Position numbers and translations under genes: made by a program. From contig DFRJ01000003.1 of the NCBI GenBank assembly GCA_002378195.1, positions 98,879-154,950 of the forward strand: 56,072 nt of DNA, written 5' to 3'. This DNA comes from Patescibacteria group bacterium UBA3466. GTDB taxonomy: Bacteria; Patescibacteriota; Minisyncoccia; Phycocordibacterales; UBA918. Positions within the stretch are counted from its first letter, which is position 1. Every line of letters starts with the position of its first letter. The notes under the pieces were generated by a model that saw nothing but the letters and a program-made list of their open reading frames with translations, searched no databases and was not told the DNA's origin. This document shows, piece by piece, positions 20,125 through 29,275 of the stretch.

Positions 20125-20205
20125 TAAGTGTGACCGGTTACGCCAGTGACTCCAATTGATCCAGGCGTCCAAATACGGATCAATTTTCAACGTCTTCACG
20201 ACTTA
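20125..20205 (-). promoter_or_regulatory. c-di-GMP-II-like riboswitch aptamer (gene-proximal copy)
   Basis: TGAAA-stem-TATTTGGACGCCTGG-stem-GGAGTCACTGGCGTAACCG; pseudoknot ACGCC/GGCGT. Confidence 0.7.
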
Positions 20206-20269
20206 GTTAGTTTTTCTTTTAATGATGACCTTAAGAGAGTGGTGTCATCCGTGGCTTTAAAGAAAGTCA

Positions 20270-20343
20270 AGATAACCGGTTATGCTATTGACTCCACATA
20301 TCCCAAGCATCCAAATACAGAATATGTTTCGCTGTCTTTATCT
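20270..20343 (-). promoter_or_regulatory. c-di-GMP-II-like riboswitch aptamer (distal copy)
   Basis: CGAAA-stem-TATTTGGATGCTTGG-stem-GGAGTCAATAGCATAACCG; pseudoknot ATGCT/AGCAT covaries with the proximal copy. Confidence 0.7.
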
Positions 20344-20420
20344 CTCTTACATAAATAATCGTACTCCTCTCATTTTAAATGTCAATAGCTTTGGAGATGA
20401 TTTGATTGGCGGTGATTTGT

Positions 20421-21218
20421 CTAGGTAAAACGTCCAATAATTGCTTGAGCCACAAAGCAGGTAATCAGGGTACCAATAATCAGACTACTGGGTGGCAGAT
20501 CAATAAATAAGGCAAAAAGTAGGCCGACTAGTACAGAGAAGATGGATACGAAGATAGATAAAAAAACTAACTCTTTAAATGAATTAACAAATGATCGAGC
20601 GGTTAAGACAGGGATGACTAGCAAAGCACCAATCAAGAGTCCGCCGATGGTTTTGATGCCGATCCAGACAACAGTCGCTAGTATCCAAAAGTACAGCAGT
20701 AACACTAGTTGAGGTGTGCGACGGTAGGGAATCAGGTGTCGCGGGCTTTGGGTGGCGCCAATCAGCGGATACCAAAATAGGCTAGTTAATAACGCGACTA
20801 CTACCGTCGCTATCCCGATTGAGATGAGGTCCGACTGGGTGAGGGTGAGGATGCTGCCGAATAAATAGCTTTCAAAAGAAAAAGTGGTATCGCGAGCAAT
20901 GTGTACAAACGCCAGAGCGATCGCTAAACCGCCACTTAAAAAGAACATAGCGAGGGCGTCCGGACTGTAAGCTTCAGAGTCTAGTAGCCACCAAATTAAG
21001 GTGCTCACTATGAGCAGAGTCGGCAGGGCGCCCCACCATGGGCTAACACCCATAAGAAGGGCGCCACTAATACCAGCCAAGGCCACGTGCGAAAACATGT
21101 CGGAGGCAATTGCCTGTTTGCTTTGTACCACAAAGGGTCCCAGTAAACCGGCTAAGACAGCCATCGCGATACCGCCGATAAATGCATATTGTACAAATGT
21201 GTAGGTGAGTATTTCCAT
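20421..21218 (-). CDS. znuB: Zinc ABC transporter permease
   Basis: D.FSH.ALAG and SYLFGSIL motifs; operon context. Confidence 0.85.
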   Translation of the reverse strand: MEILTYTFVQYAFIGGIAMAVLAGLLGPFVVQSKQAIASDMFSHVALAGISGALLMGVSPWWGALPTLLIVSTLIWWLLDSEAYSPDALAMFFLSGGLAIALAFVHIARDTTFSFESYLFGSILTLTQSDLISIGIATVVVALLTSLFWYPLIGATQSPRHLIPYRRTPQLVLLLYFWILATVVWIGIKTIGGLLIGALLVIPVLTARSFVNSFKELVFLSIFVSIFSVLVGLLFALFIDLPPSSLIIGTLITCFVAQAIIGRFT

Positions 21219-21220
21219 AT

Positions 21221-21913
21221 TTAACAGTGGTGATGGACTACGCTGTGTAGACCATCCTTCGTGGTGAGCTTGGTCGGGTGGCAGTCTGAGTGCAGGGTCT
21301 GGTTCAGGCAAAGAACACGGTCACTGAGAGGCAATACACTTTCAGTATCGTGTGATACCAAAAGTACGGTCATTTTATGGTCCTGTTGTAGGTGTCTGAT
21401 GAGCTCATAGAGACCGGCTCGTGAGGCGTGGTCGACGGCGGCGAGCGGTTCGTCGAGGACTAGGATTTTTGGGTCAGCCAATAACGCGCGAGCAATGGCA
21501 ATGCGCTGTCGCTCGCCGCCCGACAGGCTCTTGTAGGGTTGCGATAGTTTATCTTTATTTACACCAACGTGCTCAAGTGCTTGGGTTAGGTCAACCTTTT
21601 CTCTGACTTGGCTATACAATCGAGTAGTTCCAATATTGAGATACTCTCGGACAGAAATTGGTAGCTGGTATTGATCGGTGGAGGCTAGTTGGGGGATGTA
21701 CTGAATACGATCTTTCTCTCGCACTGTCACTGTGCCAGTGTACTTTTTATCAAAACCAAGAATGATTTTTAGGAGGGTAGATTTACCAGCCCCGTTTGGT
21801 CCGATTAGTGACACTAAAGATTGTTCATCGATGCTAAAGCTAACGTCCAACAAAAGCTGTCGATCGTCGACAGCTTTTGAGACATTTTCAACTTTAATAA
21901 TCGGATTATTCAT
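21221..21913 (-). CDS. znuC: Zinc ABC transporter ATP-binding protein
   Basis: GPNGAGKST, LSGGE and a His/Cys tail (HHHC). Confidence 0.88.
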   Translation of the reverse strand: MNNPIIKVENVSKAVDDRQLLLDVSFSIDEQSLVSLIGPNGAGKSTLLKIILGFDKKYTGTVTVREKDRIQYIPQLASTDQYQLPISVREYLNIGTTRLYSQVREKVDLTQALEHVGVNKDKLSQPYKSLSGGERQRIAIARALLADPKILVLDEPLAAVDHASRAGLYELIRHLQQDHKMTVLLVSHDTESVLPLSDRVLCLNQTLHSDCHPTKLTTKDGLHSVVHHHC

Positions 21914-22898
21914 TACAATTTAGGGCCGTGGCAAAGGTGTCGAGATTTTTCTGCATCAATGACAGGTAGTCTTCACCTTCTGGAACGACGTACGCAATCG
22001 GGTTGATGGATGCGGTAGTGAGTCCAGTTTCTCTAGCTAGGGTTTCTCCGTAGGCAGCAATGCTGTTTTCTTCGAGTAGGATAGTGCTAATACCTTCTTC
22101 AGCCTCTTCGCGCAATTCCGCTAGAGTGGCTACTGATGGTGTGTCTTGTGTACTTAGTCCGCCGATTGAATGTACTGCAAAATTATACCGCGCTGATACA
22201 TATCCGAAAGCATCGTGTGAGGTGATAACTTCGTCTAGGGTACAGCTGGCTAGTCGGTTTTGGTAGGAAATGTCTAGAGCTTGTAGTTTTTCAATCAACT
22301 CAGCGGAGTTGCTTTCATAAGCTTCAGAGTTGTTTGGGTCGATCGCAATCAAAGCTTCTGTTAGCTGTTCAACAGTTTGGATAAATAGGATTGGATCTAG
22401 CCAAGTGTGGGGGTCGAATTCACCGTGATCATGCTCATCTTCTTCGTGTTCATGTTCTTCTTCGGGCTCATCTTCTTCATGCTCATCTGAGTGTTCTTCC
22501 TCATGCTCATCTTCTTCATGTTCATGATGATGTCCTCCCTCCATTAGCTCTAGTTCTGCAGTAGCGATGACTACTTTTACACCCGCATCCTCAAGACCTT
22601 CTTCAACATCATGTCCCCAAGGCTCAAAGTCTGCTCCTTGCAGCACCACCAAGTCTGCCTTTTGGAGAGCGAGGATATCTTCCGTGGTTGGTACAAAGTC
22701 GTGTGGATCTCGACCGGCTCCGATATTGGTAACGGTTCCGAGGTCTCCAGTGATCTCAGTGAGCGCATACTCAAGAGGGTAGAAGCTGGTAGCAATGGCA
22801 ATTGGACCATCTGTCTCAGTACTTTGATTGGTTGGTAATAAATGTGTGATCCCTAAGGCTAAAACTAATAGGGCGACAATTCCGATAAAGTATTTCAT
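21906..22898 (-). CDS. znuA: Zinc ABC transporter substrate-binding protein with a His/Glu-rich loop
   Basis: DPHDF.P, long HEEDEH loop, DPHTWLDP and HDAFGY motifs. Confidence 0.9.
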   Translation of the reverse strand: MKYFIGIVALLVLALGITHLLPTNQSTETDGPIAIATSFYPLEYALTEITGDLGTVTNIGAGRDPHDFVPTTEDILALQKADLVVLQGADFEPWGHDVEEGLEDAGVKVVIATAELELMEGGHHHEHEEDEHEEEHSDEHEEDEPEEEHEHEEDEHDHGEFDPHTWLDPILFIQTVEQLTEALIAIDPNNSEAYESNSAELIEKLQALDISYQNRLASCTLDEVITSHDAFGYVSARYNFAVHSIGGLSTQDTPSVATLAELREEAEEGISTILLEENSIAAYGETLARETGLTTASINPIAYVVPEGEDYLSLMQKNLDTFATALNCNE

Positions 22899-22917
22899 AA
22901 ACTCTAATATTTAATTA

Positions 22918-22982
22918 ATGCGAATCATTTGCAATTGATTGCGAGTATAGCAAACAAATGATAATATGCAAATAATTTGCAT
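22918..22982. promoter_or_regulatory. Two Fur/Zur-type operator palindromes in a divergent promoter
   Basis: ATGCGAATCATTTGCAA (from 22918) and perfect ATGCAAAT-A-ATTTGCAT (22966-22982). Confidence 0.7.
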
Positions 22983-22990
22983 TCATATAT

Positions 22991-23347
22991 ATGTCAAAAC
23001 TAACCAAAAAAAGACAAGCTATTCTAGATATCCTAAAAGCTAGTCATGATGCTATGTCAGCGGCTGAAGTGCACGCAGCAGTGAGTGATATTGATTTGGC
23101 GACGGTGTATCGTTCGCTAGAATATCTAACCAATGAGAAGCTTATTCGACGCTTGCAGCTCGGTACTCAAGAGGCACGTTATGAATTTCAGACAGAACCT
23201 CACCATCACGCAATTTGTACAGAGTGTGATCGGGTGATTCATTTTACGGCGCCAGATGAAAAAATTAAGGAGTTATTGGGAGTGAAAGATTTCGCCGTGG
23301 ATGAACTTGAGGTGACAGTGCGAGGGATTTGTAATCACGATAAATAA
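22991..23347 (+). CDS. Fur family regulator, probably Zur
   Basis: ATVYR.L and HHHAICTEC motifs; divergent from znuACB. Confidence 0.88.
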   Translation: MSKLTKKRQAILDILKASHDAMSAAEVHAAVSDIDLATVYRSLEYLTNEKLIRRLQLGTQEARYEFQTEPHHHAICTECDRVIHFTAPDEKIKELLGVKDFAVDELEVTVRGICNHDK

Positions 23348-23349
23348 AT

Positions 23350-23547
23350 ATGTGTGCAGTTTGCGGGCTACCAACCAATCATTCTACTTTCGTTCAATCA
23401 CTTGGTTGGATAACTGTCACACTCTTCACTCTTACCACTTTTGTAGCGGCATGGACTATCGTCACTTCTCATAAAGTGAGACTGATGTGTAAAAAGCTTA
23501 TTGTTAAAGCTAGGTCGTTCTATGGAAAAGAAAAAGGCGGCCGGTGA
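23350..23547 (+). CDS. Small membrane protein with an N-terminal CxxC
   Basis: MCAVCG start 2 nt after the Fur-family stop codon, one TM helix. Confidence 0.5.
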   Translation: MCAVCGLPTNHSTFVQSLGWITVTLFTLTTFVAAWTIVTSHKVRLMCKKLIVKARSFYGKEKGGR

Positions 23548-23558
23548 AACCGGCCGCC
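23529..23558 (-). terminator. Terminator hairpin, identical to 25005-25034
   Basis: AGAAAAAGGCGGCCGGTGAAACCGGCCGCC. Confidence 0.75.
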
Positions 23559-23600
23559 TGTAATAAGTACTCCTTTTTTAAATTCTATTCCGATGCGAGG

Positions 23601-24905
23601 TCAAGCTACAAAGGTGTGATAAATTGCCTTAATGGCTTTTTTCAAATCACTCTCTTTTACACCGATGATGACATTGAGTTCACTTGAGCCCTGGTTAATC
23701 ATTTCGATATTGACCCCAGCTTCAGACAAGGCGCTGAAGATTTTGGCGGCAATTCCAACCTGTCGTACAATCCCGATGCCGACAATGGATATTATGGCCA
23801 TCTGACTTTCGGTGACAGAATCTGGTGAGCATTCGTGATCAATTTCCTCCAAAATTAGATCTTTCTTGGCTGTCAGTTTTTCAGATTCTACAATCAAGCT
23901 AACAGTATCGATGCTGCCTGGGATATGCTCAAAGCTGACCTGATGTCTTTCAAGGACGCTAAGCAACTTACGCACATAACCGACCTCTTTATTCATCAAT
24001 CGCTTTTTGAAAGTGAGTGATGTAAATCCGTCTTTGCCAGCTATACCAGCTATGTCATATTTGCGTTTAGCCCGATCTATATTTGGTGTGATTAAGGTGC
24101 CAAGCTTGTTAGGCTCTGCGGTACTGCGAATGTGCACCGGCAAATTACTTTTCCAAACCGGGAACATGGCCTCCTCATGAAAAACTTCAAACCCCATATA
24201 TGACAACTCGCGCATTTCCTGAAAAGTAATTTCTGGAATTCCGACGGCCTTAGGTACGATGCGAGGATCTACCATTTTCATACCTAGTACATCGGTCCAG
24301 TTCTCATACTCGCTGGCATTAAGAGCGCTTGCAATCAAGGCGCCAGTAATGTCAGAGCCGCCACGTGAGAAGGTTCTGATGGTTGAGTCTTCGCCCTGTC
24401 CATAGAAACCTGGGATTACCAGATTGTTTTTCTTCAGTACCATTTTTAATGGTCTGGTGAATACATGGTGCTCGACTGGTTCTAGGTTGGAAACCCTGAT
24501 TACATCCGCGGCGTCCTTAAACTGAAAGTCTAAGGCTTCTGCTATCAGGAGACCATTTAGGTACTCACCTCGACTTACTGCGTATTCGTACGACGCCCCG
24601 CCCTTGAGACGTTCTTCGATATCAAGGAGTTCGGTGTGTATACCTATGTTTACCCCTAAGTTCTTTTCAATCTCAAAAAATCTCGAATAGACAGCCTCCA
24701 TTGCTTCGTTGCCGGTGTGTCCCAGATGAATTTGCGTCCGCCAGTTTGATAGCTGGTCAGTAATTTTGATGTCGTCCGGATTGCGTTTTCCTGGTGCAGA
24801 AACAACTATTACGCGACGCGATGGGTCTGATTGGATAATGTCAATGACCCTCAGCACTGCGCTGCTGTCGGCCAGTGAAGATCCTCCAAACTTGGCTACT
24901 TTCAT
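23601..24905 (-). CDS. lysC: Aspartate kinase
   Basis: KFGGSS, VVSAPG, SRGGSD, DPR motifs and C-terminal ACT domains; AGGAGG SD. Confidence 0.92.
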   Translation of the reverse strand: MKVAKFGGSSLADSSAVLRVIDIIQSDPSRRVIVVSAPGKRNPDDIKITDQLSNWRTQIHLGHTGNEAMEAVYSRFFEIEKNLGVNIGIHTELLDIEERLKGGASYEYAVSRGEYLNGLLIAEALDFQFKDAADVIRVSNLEPVEHHVFTRPLKMVLKKNNLVIPGFYGQGEDSTIRTFSRGGSDITGALIASALNASEYENWTDVLGMKMVDPRIVPKAVGIPEITFQEMRELSYMGFEVFHEEAMFPVWKSNLPVHIRSTAEPNKLGTLITPNIDRAKRKYDIAGIAGKDGFTSLTFKKRLMNKEVGYVRKLLSVLERHQVSFEHIPGSIDTVSLIVESEKLTAKKDLILEEIDHECSPDSVTESQMAIISIVGIGIVRQVGIAAKIFSALSEAGVNIEMINQGSSELNVIIGVKESDLKKAIKAIYHTFVA

Positions 24906-25004
24906 TACAAACCTCCTTTAGAATTGATTGTGAGTTACTTATGTACATCTAACTCTCATACTACTTAAATGTTAAAAAATAACAATAGTTTGCAATTTTG
25001 GTAT

Positions 25005-25034
25005 AGAAAAAGGCGGCCGGTGAAACCGGCCGCC
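25005..25034 (-). terminator. Terminator hairpin, identical to 23529-23558
   Basis: 30-bp exact repeat immediately after the LysM gene stop codon. Confidence 0.75.
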
Positions 25035-25041
25035 GATGACG

Positions 25042-25746
25042 TTAGGGAAGTGTTAACACTTGCCCAGGTTTGATGAAATCACCGTTACGTATTCCATTTA
25101 CTTTCTGAAGCTTTGCGACGGTAGTGTCGAAGCGGCGAGCGATCACCCACAGACTGTCTGATGGTTGCACTTTATATTTGGCCTTGTTGAGGCCGTACCG
25201 GTCGTTCAGATACTGCTTGTATCCCCGGGGAAAGACAGCGATATGGTAGTGCGGCCTGATGTATTCTCTGGCTACCTCCAAGACGTTGTGGTTTTCGAGA
25301 TAGAGCAAGGTGTCGTTTAGCCACTTTCTGCACTTTCTGCTATGCGGCAGAGAGATGTCGATGGCCATGCCAGTGGGGTGCACCGAATGTGGCGTCGCGT
25401 TCACTCGTGAGTTTTTTGGCCTAAATGCACTCGTGACCACTATTTTCTCTCGGCAGTGCTGGAAGTGCTGACGAGATAATCTTTCGATAAAGGTCTGCAC
25501 TTCTGGCCGTACGTAAGGAAAACTTACTCCGCGACTGACAGTGTAGTAGGGTGAACCGGTCAGGCGTACCATTCTGCCGTTTTGAATAAACCATTGTAGT
25601 CGCCCAGCTGTTTTAACGCGGGTGAAGTCGTGTAAGTCGGCCTGACGAACCGACTTACGGTTGTCGCCTCTTAAACTACCTTTGGCAAAGCTGTAGTGTG
25701 AAAAGATCGTGGCGATGAGGAAAATGATGAAGCATTGCTTGACCAT
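25042..25746 (-). CDS. Secreted M15-like peptidase (DUF5715-like) with a C-terminal LysM domain
   Basis: Signal peptide, VTSA.R, S.H..G.A.D, HYHI motifs; Y.V..SDSLW.IA LysM. Confidence 0.8.
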   Translation of the reverse strand: MVKQCFIIFLIATIFSHYSFAKGSLRGDNRKSVRQADLHDFTRVKTAGRLQWFIQNGRMVRLTGSPYYTVSRGVSFPYVRPEVQTFIERLSRQHFQHCREKIVVTSAFRPKNSRVNATPHSVHPTGMAIDISLPHSRKCRKWLNDTLLYLENHNVLEVAREYIRPHYHIAVFPRGYKQYLNDRYGLNKAKYKVQPSDSLWVIARRFDTTVAKLQKVNGIRNGDFIKPGQVLTLP

Positions 25747-25796
25747 TGGGAGCTCCTGATCTAGGTTCAAAATTTAGCAAAATATACCATCAATTC

Positions 25797-26303
25797 TTAT
25801 TTTTTCAAGAGCTTGATAGTCTTTTTAGTGTCTTTGTCTTGAATGAAAATCACGACCATCATTGCTGTTGATATGATGGCTAGTATCCAAAATATGTTAC
25901 CAATGAGGTCGTCATGTTGGAGCATGTTGTATTTACTCAAGATATTAAACCAGTCGTGAGTAGAAATATCCTTGGTGATAAGCGGCAGTAGTCGTTCTTG
26001 TGCGTCTGACACATAGATGCTGACACTCAATAGCGCGGTGGTCAGCCACCAGCAACAAAAGATGGCGGAAAATTTTTGATTTGTAAAATAAAAATAGAGA
26101 GCAATTAGCAGTGGGACACCGATCTCAAAAATTGTTCCACCGAGCATGTATAAGGTTTCGCCAAAAAATATTAGAAAGACGTGTCCAGCCTCATGAAATA
26201 TTAGATTCACATTTTGAATAAACCACCAAGTGTCGAGATGTACTATCTGGGTGAGGGCAGAGCAGAGGAGGAGAGTAATGGTAAACAGTTTGATATAAAA
26301 CAT
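25797..26303 (-). CDS. Membrane protein with HExxH (M50-like)
   Basis: FHEAGH and HDW motifs in a 4-TM protein. Confidence 0.7.
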   Translation of the reverse strand: MFYIKLFTITLLLCSALTQIVHLDTWWFIQNVNLIFHEAGHVFLIFFGETLYMLGGTIFEIGVPLLIALYFYFTNQKFSAIFCCWWLTTALLSVSIYVSDAQERLLPLITKDISTHDWFNILSKYNMLQHDDLIGNIFWILAIISTAMMVVIFIQDKDTKKTIKLLKK

Positions 26304-26368
26304 GATTCTATAAATACTTTTGGATTTCGCTAGTGACTTGCTGAATATTTTTAGTTGTAGAGTTGCTA

Positions 26369-26464
26369 CGAAGAATAATTAGTTTCGGCATATCTGTTGA
26401 TGATAGCAGATAACTGCTCATGAATTAATTCATGAGCAGGTGTGGTAAGAGCTAAAAACAAGCT
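26369..26464. repeat. 96-bp direct repeat, copy 1
   Basis: 95/96 identical to 27781-27876; contains the 26-bp perfect palindrome CTGCTCATGAATTAATTCATGAGCAG. Confidence 0.95.
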
Positions 26465-26648
26465 TCTACCCAACACAGCGTCATGTGAGCAAAGCAGCTT
26501 ATTCATCATAAGAAAGAACCACAGTAGTGCGAATTGGAACCAACTACAAGCACAGTTCAAGTTTCAGTTAGAAGAGGTGGTTTGTTCTTGCTGGAATTCT
26601 GACCCCATTTCTGCAATTGAAGTAAATGTGTTCCTGGGTCTCATCGCC

Positions 26649-27638
26649 CTATGAGTCGCATGTTTCGACACTGTTGCTATACGTGAGACTGAAAAATTTA
26701 CCAGCTAATTGTTCGTCATATTTTATATACGCCAAGCTACGTTCTCGAGTATTGAGTATTTCAGCTAACAGTTTAGTTATGTTTGTATAAGAGTCATCCA
26801 ATCCCATTAATGCGTATAGACAATTTCTTGCTCGATCAATCTCATCATGATTTTGTAGAGACAGCTCCTCACTTTCTGCATCAACAAGCGCTTGTTGCGT
26901 AGCTTGAGCAAACTGCCGTAAACCATTTTGCACCTCAGTATCATCTGGAAATTCTTGCTCTATCCACTTTTCTATATCATCCCTTACACCGTCATGGTCT
27001 GAGTCTGTACCTATTAATGTTGATCCGCCTTCTTCAACAGGATCTGAAGTTGGTTCTTGACCAGGTACATTAGTGTCCAAATCTTCTGGATCAAAACTAC
27101 AGCTATCTTTCCATTCGTCATATTTCGGTATTGAGTACATCTCACCCGAAGTAATTTCATCTGAGGTGTACCAAGCAATTAATCTATCTTCCGTATTTAC
27201 TACGACCGAACGTAAATATCCGATCAGCTGAGTTGAATTTTCGTCGACATAACTCAAACAGAAAGCAGCATTAATATGACGCTGAAGGCTTGCTTTTGCC
27301 GCTTCTTCGTTCGAATAATTTAATACTAATTCTTGCTCAGTAATGGCTAAATCTCGTAGAGCTGCTCTGGTAAGTGGTAAGTCTGGGAAATTTATGGCTA
27401 TCCATCTCTGCACATCGTCTCTCAGTCCGTCATTGTCAGAATCTATCCCTTCTAATGTTAGTTCACCTTCTTCGCCTGGGTCGGGTGGCAGGGTCTGATC
27501 GAGAGGGCTTACATAGGAACTGTCTCTGAAATCACTGGAGGATATTTGAAAAAAGTAATGTAAACCAGCTCCGGCAATAAGTAATAAGATAAGTAATAAA
27601 ATAATAAATTTAGTTTTGGTGAAAGATTGCTGATCCAT
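26649..27638 (-). CDS. Membrane-anchored protein with two tandem DxDxDG (Ca-binding-like) helical domains
   Basis: TM helix, then GIDSDNDGLRDDVQRWI and GTDSDHDGVRDDIEKWI repeats. Confidence 0.75.
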   Translation of the reverse strand: MDQQSFTKTKFIILLLILLLIAGAGLHYFFQISSSDFRDSSYVSPLDQTLPPDPGEEGELTLEGIDSDNDGLRDDVQRWIAINFPDLPLTRAALRDLAITEQELVLNYSNEEAAKASLQRHINAAFCLSYVDENSTQLIGYLRSVVVNTEDRLIAWYTSDEITSGEMYSIPKYDEWKDSCSFDPEDLDTNVPGQEPTSDPVEEGGSTLIGTDSDHDGVRDDIEKWIEQEFPDDTEVQNGLRQFAQATQQALVDAESEELSLQNHDEIDRARNCLYALMGLDDSYTNITKLLAEILNTRERSLAYIKYDEQLAGKFFSLTYSNSVETCDS

Positions 27639-27780
27639 ATACGGTAATTATAAGTACTTATCTGTGCAGTGGAGTGTTGTATACGGGGATAGTCGTTTTC
27701 GACTCTTTTGACAAGACGCTCAGGTCTTTGAAGCTTATTGGTAGTAAAATGCAAAAATGGTGGCTGATCCTATTTCTCCC

Positions 27781-27876
27781 CGAAGAATAATTAGTTTCAG
27801 CATATCTGTTGATGATAGCAGATAACTGCTCATGAATTAATTCATGAGCAGGTGTGGTAAGAGCTAAAAACAAGCT
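27781..27876. repeat. 96-bp direct repeat, copy 2
   Basis: Matches 26369-26464. Confidence 0.95.
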
Positions 27877-27973
27877 CCAAACTACCTCAAACCGCTTTTC
27901 GATTCTGCCTCCAAGGCACTCAGGCAGTCTAAAGAAAACACCCAGCTAGTCGCTGAGTGCTTTTCTTTAAACT

Positions 27974-28152
27974 GTGATCCCACGGGGAATCGGTCAGGAG
28001 TCGATTATTTTCATGAATGAAAATATATCGCTCACGACCCTGGCTCACTCCACTTCGTTACGTTCCGCCTTTCGATTCTCGCCATTTGGCGACCACATCG
28101 CGTCTACGAGAAAGCCCCCAGAGCATCTGCTCGGGGGCTTTCTCATAAACGC
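27974..28152 (-). mobile_element. tRNA-linked structured mini-element (Glu copy)
   Basis: Hairpin, inverted T-loop copy (28071-28080), core ending TGACC, 19-bp direct copy of the tRNA 3' end (27974-27992). Confidence 0.7.
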
Positions 28153-28153
28153 G

Positions 28154-28225
28154 TGATCCCACGGGGAATCGAACCCCGATTTCCAGGATGAAAACCTGAC
28201 GTCCTAGCCGTTAGACGATGGGACC
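28154..28225 (-). tRNA. tRNA-Glu(TTC)
   Basis: Acceptor GGTCCCA/TGGGATC, anticodon arm TCAGG-TTTTCAT-CCTGG. Confidence 0.95.
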
Positions 28226-28474
28226 AAGATTTATACTTGGTAGTTAAATATAAATTTATGCTCACTTTTTATTAAGTCAGGTTTTCAGAAAACCTAGCCT
28301 ATCGCCTCGTGAACATCGGCGATTTGTTTCGCTTCGCTACACAACCGGATGAAAAGCTGCTCACTTTTTATTCCATTGCCGTTAGACTAAAAGCAAAATG
28401 TGGCCAACATCATATCAGACTATTAAAAAAAATCCAGTATTTTAGTCCGATCGTACGTATTATATGTTAGGATT

Positions 28475-29212
28475 ATGGACATTATGGAAAATGAGAAAAA
28501 CACATTGTTCGATACTTTTGCAGATTATTTTAAAGAAGTAATTTACGGAGGGATCGATGGAATCGTTACTACCTTTGCGGTAGTGGCTGGTGGCGCTGGG
28601 GCCGCTTTGAGTAATAATGAAACCACCCAGTTATCATTTGTAGTTATTTTGTTGTTTGGGCTTGCGAACTTGTTTGCAGACGCGGCTTCAATGGGGCTGG
28701 GTAACTTTTTGTCAGTACGGTCTGAAAAGGATTTGTATAATGCCGCTCGGGATAAAGAGAATGCTGTATTACAACAAGAGATGCGTGAAAAGCGGGTTAC
28801 TACTACTGTGCGACTAATGCAAGAAAAAGGTTTTACCGCAGAAGACGCGGCTACGTTGGCTACCATCTACCAAAAGAACGACGACTACTGGCTAGACTTC
28901 TTGATGCTGCATGATCAAGATATGCCGGATCCAAGAGGGGAAAATGAAGTGTACACTGGTTTAGCGACCTTCTTGTCATTTATGTTCTTCGGAGCAATTC
29001 CTTTGTTGCCGTTCATGCTGCAAAGTTCAGGCGATCATGCTACCGCCTTTATGTTCTCGTCAATCGGTACGTTGGCTGCCCTGATTGTACTCGGCTTGCT
29101 GAAGTGGCGAGTGATCGGAGCTAAGTTTGTAGCCTCTTTGACCGAAGTGGTATTAGTAGGGGGGACAGCTGCTGTCTTGGCTTACTTTGTCGGTACTTTC
29201 TTCGCTATCTAA
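28475..29212 (+). CDS. VIT1/CCC1 family Fe/Mn transporter
   Basis: YGGIDGIVTTFAVV and ANLFADA.SMG motifs. Confidence 0.92.
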   Translation: MDIMENEKNTLFDTFADYFKEVIYGGIDGIVTTFAVVAGGAGAALSNNETTQLSFVVILLFGLANLFADAASMGLGNFLSVRSEKDLYNAARDKENAVLQQEMREKRVTTTVRLMQEKGFTAEDAATLATIYQKNDDYWLDFLMLHDQDMPDPRGENEVYTGLATFLSFMFFGAIPLLPFMLQSSGDHATAFMFSSIGTLAALIVLGLLKWRVIGAKFVASLTEVVLVGGTAAVLAYFVGTFFAI

Positions 29213-29275
29213 ATCGACAAATAAATAAAACCGCTTGAGTGATTGTTTAAACTCAAGCGGTTTTATAATGGTGGC

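Noticed and set aside
26366-26560. ORFs 26366-26560 and 27658-27873 sharing LALTTPAHELIHEQ
   Set aside because: The shared peptide is simply the translation of the palindromic 96-bp repeat; there is no start or SD support.
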